A stretch of 64,000 nucleotides of DNA from the human T2T-CHM13v2.0 reference genome, Homo sapiens. The notes under the pieces are model-generated. The model did no database searches. It saw only the letters and a list, made by a program, of their open reading frames with translations, and was not told the origin of the DNA. Position numbers and translations under genes: made by a program. The stretch lies in NCBI RefSeq assembly GCF_009914755.1, contig NC_060929.1, one strand, 5' to 3'. Shown one piece after another: positions 54,100 through 64,000 of the stretch (positions are counted from its first letter, which is position 1; each line of letters begins with the position of its first letter).

Positions 54100-57000
54100 G
54101 ATTCTCAGAAACTCCTTTGTGATGTGTGTGTTCAACTCACAGAGTTTAACCTTTCTTTTCATAGAGCAGTTAGGAATCACTCTGTTTGTAAAGTCTGCAA
54201 GTGGATATTCAGACCTCTTTGAGGCCTTCGTTGGAAACGGGTTTTTTTCATATAAGGCTAGACAGAAGAATTCCCAGTAACTTCCTTGTGTTGTGTGTGT
54301 TCAACTCACAGAGTTGAACTTTCATTTACACAGAGCAGATTTGAAACACTCTTTTTGTGGAATTTGCAAATGGAGATTTCAAGCGCTTTGAGGCCAAAGG
54401 CAGAAAAGGAAATATCTTCGTATAAAAACTAGACAGAATCATTCTCAGAAACTGCTCTGCGATGTGTGCGTTCAACTCTCAGAGTTTAACTTTGCTTTTC
54501 ATTCAGCAGTTTGGAAACACTCTGTTTGTAAAGTCTGCACGTGGATAATTTGACCACTTAGAGGCCTTCGTTGGAAACGGGTTTTTTTCATGTAAGGCTA
54601 GACAGAAGAATTCTCAGTAACTTCCTTGTGTTGTGTGTATTCAACTCACAGAGTTGAACGATCCTTTACACAGAGCAGACTTGTAACACTCTTTTTGTGG
54701 AATTTGCAAGTGGAGATTTCAGCCGCTTTGAAGTCAAAGGTAGAAAAGGAAATATCTTCCTATAAAAACTAGACAGAATGATTCTCAGAAACTCCTTTGT
54801 GATGTGTGTATTCAACTCACAGAGTTTAACCTTTCTTTTCATAGAGCAGTTAGGAAACACTCTGCTTGTAAAGTCTGCAAGTGGATATTCAGCCCTCTTT
54901 GAGGCCTTCGTTGGAAACGGGTTTTTTTCATATAAGGCTAGACAGAAGAATTCCCAGTAACTTCCTTGTGTTGTGTGTGTTCTACTCACAGAGTTGAACT
55001 TTGATTTACACAGAGCAGATTTGAAACACTCTTTTTGTGGAATTTGCAAGTGGAGATTTCAAGCGCTTTGAGGCCAAAGGCAGAAAAGGAAATATCTTCG
55101 TATAAAAACTAGACAGAATCATTCTCAGAAACTGCTCTGCGATGTGTGCGTTCAACTCTCAGAGTTTAACTTTTCTTTTCATTCAGCAGTTTGGAAACAC
55201 TCTGTTTGTAAAGTCTGCACGTGGATATTTTGACCACTTAGAGGCCTTCGTTGGAAACGGGTTTTTTTCCTGTAAGGCTAGACAGAAGAATTCCCAGTAA
55301 CTTCCTTGTGTTGTGTACATTCAACTCACAGAGTTGAACGTTCCCTTAGACAGAGCAGATTTGAAACACTCTTTTTGTGCAATTGGCAAGTGGAGATTTC
55401 AAGCGCTTTAAGGTCAATGGCAGAAAAGGAAATATCTTCGTTTCAAAACTAGACAGAATCATTCCCACAAACTGCGTTGTGATGTGTTCGTTCATCTCAC
55501 AGAGTTTAACCTTTCTTTTCGTAGAGCAGTTAGGAAACAGTCTGTTTGTAAATTCTGTAAGTGGATATTCTGACATCTTGTGGCCTTCGTTGGAAACGGG
55601 ATTTCTTCATATTCTGCTAGACAGAAGAATTCTCAGAATCTTCCTTGTGTTGTGTGTATTCAACTCACACAGTTGAACGATTGTTTACACAGAGCAGATT
55701 TGAAACACTCTTTTTGTGGAATTTGCAAGTGGAGATTTCAGCCGCTTTGAGGTCAATGGTAGAAAAGGAAATATCTTCGTATAAAAACTAGACAGAATGA
55801 TTCTCAGAAACTTCTTTGTGATGTGTGCGTTCAACTCACAGAGTTTAACCTTTCTTTTCATAGAGCAGTTAGGAAACACTCTGTTTGTAAACTCTGCAAG
55901 TGGATATTTAGACCTCTTTGAGGCCTTCGTTGGAAACGGGATTTTTTCATACTGTACTAGACAGAAGAATTCTCAGTAACTTCCTTGTGTTGTGTGTATT
56001 CAACTCACAGAGTTGAACGATCCTTTACACAGAGCAGACTTGAAACACTCTTTTTGTGGAATTTGCAAGTGGAGATTTCAGCCGCGTTGAGGTCAATGGT
56101 AGAAAAGGAAATATCTTCGTATAAAAACTAGACAGAATGATTCTCAGAAACTCCTTTGTGATGTGTGTGTTCAACTCACAGAGTTTAACCTTTCTTTTCA
56201 TAGAGCAGTTAGGAATCACTCTGTTTGTAAAGTCTGCAAGTGGATATTCAGACCTCTTTGAGGCCTTCGTTGGAAACGGGTTTTTTTCATATAAGGCTAG
56301 ACAGAAGAATTCCCAGTAACTTCCTTGTGTTGTGTTTGTTCAACTCACAGAGTTGAACTTTCATTTACACAGAGCAGATTTGAAACACTCTTTTTGTGGA
56401 ATTTGCAAATGGAGATTTCAAGCGCTTTGAGGCCAAAGGCAGAAAAGGAAATATCTTCGTATAAAAACTAGACAGAATCATTCTCAGAAACTGCTCTGCG
56501 ATGTGTGCGTTCAACTCTCAGAGTTTAACTTTGCTTTTCATTCAGCAGTTTGGAAACACTCTGTTTGTAAAGTCTGCACGTGGATAATTTGACCACTTAG
56601 AGGCCTTCGTTGGAAACGGGTTTTTTTCATGTAAGGCTAGACAGAAGAATTCTCAGTAACTTCCTTGTGTTGTGTGTATTCAACTCACACAGTTGAACGA
56701 TCCTTTACACAGAGCAGACTTGTAACACTCTTTTTGTGGAATTTGCAAGTGGAGATTTCAGCCGCTTTGAAGTCAAAGGTAGAAAAGGAAATATCTTCCT
56801 ATAAAAACTAGACAGAATGATTCTCAGAAACTCCTTTGTGATGTGTGTATTCAACTCACAGAGTTTAACCTTTCTTTTCATAGAGCAGTTAGGAAACACT
56901 CTGCTTGTAAAGTCTGCAAGTGGATATTCAGCCCTCTTTGAGGCCTTCGTTGGAAACGGGTTTTTTTCATATAAGGCTAGACAGAAGAATTCCCAGTAAC

Positions 57001-58180
57001 TTCCTTGTGTTGTGTGTGTTCTACTCACAGAGTTGAACTTTGATTTACACAGAGCAGATTTGAAACACTCTTTTTGTGGAATTTGCAAGTGGAGATTTCA
57101 AGCGCTTTGAGGCCAAAGGCAGAAAAGGAAATATCTTCGTATAAAAACTAGACAGAATCATTCTCAGAAACTGCTCTGCGATGTGTGCGTTCAACTCTCA
57201 AAGTTTAACTTTTCTTTTCATTCAGCAGTTTGGAAACACTCTGTTTGTAAAGTGTGCACGTGGATATTTTGACCACTTAGAGGCCTTCGTTGGAAACGGG
57301 TTTTTTTCCTGTAAGGCTAGACAGAAGAATTACCAGTAACTTCCTTGTGTTGTGTACATTCAACTCACAGAGTTGAACGTTCCCTTAGACAGAGCAGATT
57401 TGAAACACTCTTTTTGTGCAATTGGCAAGTGGAGATTTCAAGCGCTTTAAGGTCAATGGCAGAAAAGGAAATATCTTCGTTTCAAAACTAGACAGAATCA
57501 TTCCCACAAACTGCGTTGTGATGTGTTCGTTCATCTCACAGAGTTTAACCTTTCTTTTCGTAGAGCAGTTAGGAAACAGTCTGTTTGTAAATTCTGTAAG
57601 TGGATATTCTGACATCTTGTGGCCTTCGTTGGAAACGGGATTTCTTCATATTCTGCTAGACAGAAGAATTCTCAGAATCTTCCTTGTGTTGTGTGTATTC
57701 AACTCACACAGTTGAACGATTGTTTACACAGAGCAGATTTGAAACACTCTTTTTGTGGAATTTGCAAGTGGAGATTTCAGCCGCTTTGAGGTCAATGGTA
57801 GAAAAGGAAATATCTTCGTATAAAAACTAGACAGAATGATTCTCAGAAACTTCTTTGTGATGTGTGCGTTCAACTCACAGAGTTTAACCTTTCTGTTCAT
57901 AGAGCAGTTAGGAAACACTCTGTTTGTAAACTCTGCAAGTGGATATTCAGACCTATTTGAGGCCTTCGTTGGAAACGGGATTTCTTCATACTGTGCTAGA
58001 CAGAAGAATTCTCACTAACTTCCTTGTGTTGTGTGTATTCAACTCACAGAGTTGAACGATCCTTTACACAGAGCAGACTTGAAACGCTCTTTTTGTGGAA
58101 TTTGCAAGTGGAGATTTCAGCCGCGTTGAGGTCAATGGTAGAAAAGGCAATATCTTCGTATAAAAACTAGACAGAATGAT
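54100..58180 (+). repeat. Tandem duplication of a 2039-bp 12-monomer unit
   Basis: GTGTATTC in the E dimer 54810/56849, TTCTACTC 54983/57022, TTCGTAG 55521/57560, GATTGTTT 55682/57721. Confidence 0.88.
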
Positions 58181-61100
58181 TCTCAGAAACTCCTTTGTGA
58201 TGTGTGTGTTCAACTCACAGAGTTTAACCTTTCTTTTCATAGAGCAGTTAGGAATCACTCTGTTTGTAAAGTCTGCAAGTGGATATTCAGACCTCTTTGA
58301 GGCCTTCATTGGAAACGGGTTTTTTTCATATAAGGCTAGACAGAAGAATTCCCAGTAACTTCCTTGTGTTGTGTGTGTTCAACTCACAGAGTTGAACTTT
58401 CATTTACACAGAGCAGATTTGAAACACTCTTTTTGTGGAATTTGCAAATGGAGATTTCAAGCGCTTTGAGGCCAAAGGCAGAAAAGGAAATATCTTCGTA
58501 TAAAAACTAGACAGAATCATTCTCAGAAACTGCTCTGCGATTTGTGCGTTCAACTCTCAGAGTTTAACTTTCCTTTTCATTCAGCAGTTTGGAAACACTC
58601 TGTTTGTAAAGTCTGCACGTGGATAATTTGACCACTTAGAGGCCTTCGTTGGAAACGGGTTTTTTTCATGTAAGGCTAGACAGAAGAATTCTCAGTAACT
58701 TCCTTGTGTTGTGTGTATTCAACTCACACAGTTGAACGATCCTTTACACAGAGCACACTTGTAACACTCTTTTTGTGGAGTTTGCAAGTGGAGATTTCAG
58801 CCGCTTTGAAGTCAAAGGTAGAAAAGGAAATATCTTCCTATAAAAACTAGACAGAATGATTCTCAGAAACTCCTTTGTGATGTGTGCGTTCAACTCACAG
58901 AGTTTAACCTTTCTTTTCATAGAGCAGTTAGGAAACACTCTGTTTGTAAAGTCTGCAAGTGGATATTCAGACCTCTTTGAGGCCTTCGTTGGAAACGGGT
59001 TTTTTTCATATAAGGCTAGACAGAAGAATTCCCAGTAACTTCCTTGTGTTGTGTGTGTTCAACTCACAGAGTTGAACTTTCATTTACACAGAGCAGATTT
59101 GAAACACTCTTTTTGTGGAATTTGCAATTGGAGATTTCAAGCGCTTTGAGGCCAAAGGCAGAAAAGGAAATATCTTCGTATAAAAACTAGACAGAATCAT
59201 TCTCAGAAACTGCTCTGTGATGTGTGCGTTCAACTCTCAGAGTTTAACTTTTCTTTTCATTCAGCAGTTTGGAAACACTCTGTTTGTAAAGTCTGCACGT
59301 GGATAATTTGATCACTTAGAGGCCTTCGTTGGAAACGGGTTTTTTTCATGTAAGGCTAGACAGAAGAATTCTCAGTAACTTCCTTGTGTTGTGTGTATTC
59401 AACTCACACAGTTGAACGATCCTTTACACAGAGCAGACTTGTAACACTCTTTTTGTGGGATTTGCAAGTGGAGATTTCAGCCGCTTTGAAGTCAAAGGTA
59501 GAAAAGGAAATATCTTCCTATAAAAACTAGACAGAATGATTCTCAGAAACTCCTTTGTGATGTGAGCTTTCAACTCACAGAGTTTAACCTTTCTTTTCAT
59601 AGAGCAGTTAGGAAACACTCTGCTTGTAAAGTCTGCAAGTGGATATTCAGCCCTCTTTGAGGCCTTCGTTGGAAACGGGTTTTTTTCATATAGGGCTAGA
59701 CAGAAGAATTCCCAGTAACTTCCTTGTGTTGTGTGTGTTCAACTCACAGAGTTGAACTTTGATTTACACAGAGCAGATTTGAAACACTCTTTTTGTGGAA
59801 TTTGCAAGTGGAGATTTCAAGCGCTTTGAGGCCAAAGGCAGAAAAGGAAATATCTTCGTATAAAAACTAGACAGAATCATTCTCAGAAACTGCTCTGCGA
59901 TGTGTGCGTTCAACTCTCAGAGTTTAACTTTTCTTTTCATTCAGCAGTTTGGAAACACTCTGTTTGTAAAGTCTGCACGTGGATATTTTGACCACTTAGA
60001 GGCCTTCGTTGGAAACGGGTTTTTTCCTGTAAGGCTAGACAGAAGAATTCCCAGTAACTTCCTTGTGTTGTGTACATTCAACTCACAGAGTTGAACGTTC
60101 CCTTAGACAGAGCAGATTTGAAACACTCTTTTTGTGTAATTGGCAAGTGGAGATTTCAAGCGCTTTAAGGTCAATGGCAGAAAAGGAAATATCTTCGTTT
60201 CAAAACTAGACAGAATCATTCCCACAAACTGCGTTGTGATGTGTTCGTTCATCTCACAGAGTTTAACCTTTCTTTTCATAGAGCAGTTAGGAAACAGTCT
60301 GTTTGTAAATTCTGTAAGTGGATATTCTGACATCTTGTGGCCTTCGTTGGAAACGGGATTTCTTCATATTCTGCTAGACAGAAGAATTCTCAGAATCTTC
60401 CTTGTGTTGTGTGTATTCAACTCACACAGTTGAACGATGGTTTACACAGAGCAGATTTGAAACACTCTTTTTGTGGAATTTGCAAGTGGAGATTTCAGCC
60501 GCTTTGAGGTCAATGGTAGAAAAGGAAATATCTTCGTATAAAAACTAGACAGAATGATTCTCAGAAACTTCTTTGTGATGTGCGCGTTCAACTCACAGAG
60601 TTTAACCTTTCTTTTCATAGAGCAGTTAGGAAACACTCTGTTTGTAAACTCTGCAAGTGGATATTCAGACCTCTTTGAGGCCTTCGTTGGAAACGGGATT
60701 TCTTCATATTATGCTAGACAGAAGAATTCTCAGTAACTTCCTTGTGTTGTGTGTATTCAACTCACAGAGTTGAACGATCCTTTACACAGAGCAGACTTGA
60801 AACACTCTTTTTGTGGAATTTGCAAGTGGAGATTTCAGCCGCGTTGAGGTCAATGGTAGAAAAGGAAATATCTTCGTATAAAAACTAGACAGAATGATTC
60901 TCAGAAACTCCTTTGTGATGTGTGTGTTCAACTCACAGAGTTTAACCTTTCTTTTCATAGAGCAGTTAGGAATCACTCTGTTTGTAAAGTCTGCAAGTGG
61001 ATATTCAGACCTCTTTGAGGCCTTCGTTGGAAACGGGTTTTTTTCATATAAGGCTAGACAGAAGAATTCCCAGTAACTTCCTTGTGTTGTGTGTGTTCAA

Positions 61101-64000
61101 CTCACAGAGTTGAACTTTCATTTACACAGAGCAGATTTGAAACACTCTTTTTGTGGAATTTGCAAATGGAGATTTCAAGCGCTTTGAGGCCAAAGGCAGA
61201 AAAGGAAATATCTTCGTATAAAAACTAGACAGAATCATTCTCAGAAACTGCTCTGCGATGTGTGCGTTCAACTCTCAGAGTTTAACTTTGCTTTTCATTC
61301 AGCAGTTTGGAAACACTCTGTTTGTAAAGTCTGCACGTGGATAATTTGACCACTTAGAGGCCTTCGTTGGAAACGGGTTTTTTTCATGTAAGGCTAGACA
61401 GAAGAATTCTCAGTAACTTCCTTGTGTTGTGTGTATTCAACTCACACAGTTGAACGATCCTTTACACAGAGCAGACTTGTAACACTCTTTTTGTGGAGTT
61501 TGCAAGTGGAGATTTCAGCCGCTTTGAAGTCAAAGGTAGAAAAGGAAATATCTTCCTATAAAAACTAGACAGAATGATTCTCAGAAACTCCTTTGTGATG
61601 TGTGCGTTCAACTCACAGAGTTTAACCTTTCTTTTCATAGAGCGGTTAGGAAACACTCTGTTTGTAAAGTCTGCAAGTGGATATTCAGACCTCTTTGAGG
61701 CCTTCGTTGGAAACGGGTTTTTTTCATATAAGGCTAGACAGAAGAATTCCCAGTAACTTCCTTGTGTTGTGTGTGTTCAACTCACAGAGTTGAACTTTCA
61801 TTTACACAGAGCAGATTTGAAACACTCTTTTTGTGGAATTTGCAATTGGAGATTTCAAGCGCTTTGAGGCCAAAGGCAGAAAAGGAAATATCTTCGTATA
61901 AAAACTAGACAGAATCATTCTCAGAAACTGCTCTGTGATGTGTGCGTTCAACTCTCAGAGTTTAACTTTTCTTTTCATTCAGCAGTTTGGAAACACTCTG
62001 TTTGTAAAGTCTGCACGTGGATAATTTGATCACTTAGAGGCCTTCGTTGGAAAGGGGTTTTTTTCATGTAAGGCTAGACAGAAGAATTCTCAGTAACTTC
62101 CTTGTGTTGTGTGTATTCAACTCACAGAGTTGAACGATCCTTTACACAGAGCAGACTTGTAACACTCTTTTTGTGGAATTTGCAAGTGGAGATTTCAGCC
62201 GCTTTGAAGTCAAAGGTAGAAAAGGAAATATCTTCCTATAAAAAATAGACAGAATGATTCTCAGAAACTCCTTTGTGATGTGTGCGTTCAACTCACAGAG
62301 TTTAACCTTTCTTTTCATAGAGCAGTTAGGAAACACTCTCCTTGTAAAGTCTGCAAGTGGATATTCAGCCCTCTTTGAGGCCTTCGTTGGAAACGGGTTT
62401 TTTTCATATAAGGCTAGACAGAAGAATTCCCAGTAACTTCCTTGTGTTGTGTACATTCAACTCACAGAGTTGAACGTTCCCTTAGACAGAGCAGATTTGA
62501 AACTCTCTTTTTGTGCAATTGGCAAGTGGAGATTTCAAGCGCTTTAAGGTCAATGGCAGAAAAGGAAATATCTTCGTTTCAAAACTAGACAGAATCATTC
62601 CCACAAACTGCGTTGTGATGTGTTCGTTCAACTCACAGAGTTTAACCTTTCTTTTCTTAGAGCAGTTAGGAAACAGTCTGTTTGAAAATTCTGTAAGTGG
62701 ATATTCTGACATCTTGTGGCCTTCGTTGGAAACGGGATTTCTTCATATTCTGCTAGACAGAAGAATTCTCAGAATCTTCCTTGTGTTGTGTGTATTCAAC
62801 TCACACGGTTGAACGATCCTTTACACAGAGCAGATTTGAAACACTCATTTGGTGGAATTTGCAAGTGGAGATTTCAGCCGCTTTGAGGTCAATGGTAGAA
62901 AAGGAAATATCTTCGTATAACAACTAGACAGAATGTTTCTCAGAAACTTCTTTGTGATGTGTGCGTTCAACTCACAGAGTTTAACCTTTCTTTTCATAGA
63001 GCAGTTAGGAAACACTCTGTTTGTAAACTCTGCAAGTGGATGTTCAGACCTCTTTGAGGCCTTCGTTGGAAACGGGATTTCTTCATACTGTGCTAGACAG
63101 AAGAATTCTCAGTAACTTCCTTGTGTTGTGTGTATTCAACTCACAGAGTTGAACGATCCTTTACACAGAGCAGACTTGAAACACTCTTTTTGTGGAATTT
63201 GCAAGTGGAGATTTCAGCCGCGTTGAGGTCAATGGTAGAAAAGGAAATATCTTCGTATAAAAACTAGACAGAATGATTCTCAGAAACTCCTTTGTGATGT
63301 GTGTGTTCAACTCACAGAGTTTAACCTTTCTTTTCATAGAGCAGTTAGGAATCACTCTGTTTGTAAAGTCTGCAAGTGGATATTCAGACCTCTTTGAGGC
63401 CTTCGTTGGAAACGGGTTTTTTTCATATAAGGCTAGACAGAAGAATTCCCAGTAACTTCCTTGTGTTTTGTGTGTTCAACTCACAGAGTTGAACTTTCAT
63501 TTACACAGAGCAGATTTGAAACACTCTTTTTGTGGAATTTGCAAATGGAGATTTCAAGCGCTTTGAGGCCAAAGGCAGAAAAGGAAATATCTTCGTATAA
63601 AAACTAGACAGAATCATTCTCAGAAACTGCTCTGCGATGTGTGCGTTCAACTCTCAGAGTTTAACTTTGCTTTTCTTTCAGCAGTTTGGAAACACTCTGT
63701 TTGTAAAGTCTGCACGTGGATAATTTGACCACTTAGAGGCCTTCGTTGGAAACGGGTTTTTTTCATGTAAGGCTAGACAGAAGAATTCTCAGTAACTTCC
63801 TTGTGTTGTGTGTATTCAACTCACACAGTTGAACGATCCTTTACACAGAGCAGACTTGTAACACTCTTTTTGTGGAATTTGCAAGTGGAGATTTCAGCCG
63901 CTTTGAAGTCAAAGGTAGAAAAGGAAATATCTTCCTATAAAAACTAGACAGAATGATTCTCAGAAACTCCTTTGTGATGTGTGCGTTCAACTCACAGAGT

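Larger units (their letters stand above)
1..64000 (+). repeat. Centromeric alpha-satellite higher-order repeat array, SF1 dimeric type (about 376 monomers, about 188 dimers)
   Basis: Seen: continuous ~170-bp periodicity with a stronger 339/340-bp dimer period (the ORF track recurs at 339-340 bp steps), alphoid motifs such as CATTCTCAGAAAC, TTCAACTCACAGAGTT and GAAACACTCT, and a CENP-B box in every second monomer. Established: alternating box-bearing and box-less monomers in an EcoRI 340-bp dimer is characteristic of SF1 alpha satellite. Confidence 0.99.
1..64000 (+). repeat. Probable S1C1/5/19H1L (D1Z7/D5Z2/D19Z3) family active centromeric array; chromosome not assignable
   Basis: Inference from recalled monomer sequences (e.g. 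CTGCACGTGGATATTTTGACCACTTAGAGG, GAACGTTCCCTTAGACAG, CATTCCCACAAACTGCGTTG) and from the highly variable dimer-based HOR lengths. No database search was run; HOR-specific HMM annotation is needed to confirm. Confidence 0.75.

Noticed and set aside
54666-57088. Longest ORFs (127 aa, minus strand, two copies)
   Set aside because: They arise from a point variant removing a stop within a duplicated 2039-bp unit; there is no coding signal.
315-63455. Some 200 short ORFs (60-127 aa) on both strands with near-identical translations
   Set aside because: They are chance reading frames of the satellite monomers, recur at the 340-bp period, often start at GTG/TTG, are freely broken by stops and frameshifts, and resemble no protein family I recognise.
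1-64000. CRISPR-like regular repeats with a palindromic core
   Set aside because: The intervening sequences are themselves repeats rather than unique spacers, the period is 170/340 bp, and there are no cas genes.
1-64000. Transposon insertion (L1/Alu), inversion or non-alphoid island
   Set aside because: Reading through the window I found none: all CENP-B boxes are on the + strand and the dimer phase is continuous.
1-64000. Assignment to one specific chromosome or to the kinetochore (CENP-A/hypomethylated) site
   Set aside because: The chr1/5/19 arrays share monomers, and kinetochore position is epigenetic; neither can be read from this sequence without mapping data.

Overview
The whole 64 kb is one uninterrupted, single-orientation array of primate (most likely human) centromeric alpha-satellite DNA. 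It is built from ~170-bp monomers arranged as 339/340-bp dimers, each with one CENP-B box (CTTCGTTGGAAACGGG[A/T]) and usually one EcoRI site. This is the dimeric suprachromosomal family 1 (SF1) organisation, and the monomers resemble the D1Z7/D5Z2/D19Z3 (chr1/5/19) active array (recognised from memory, not searched). I see no genes, RNA genes, transposons, inversions or CRISPR arrays; all ORFs in the track are repeat artefacts. I did not find a new protein-coding system. The interesting signal is architectural. Six dimer types (called here A, B, C, D1, E, D2) are strung into higher-order repeats (HORs) of very variable length (6 to 22 monomers). Shared rare variants reveal nested duplications, including a ~99.9% identical duplication at a 40,080-bp offset, younger 1.4-2.0 kb tandem duplications, a sharp haplotype switch at ~51.45 kb, a propagating dimer variant with a mutated CENP-B box, and a probable micro gene-conversion tract. 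All alignments and counts were done by eye, so boundaries are approximate.
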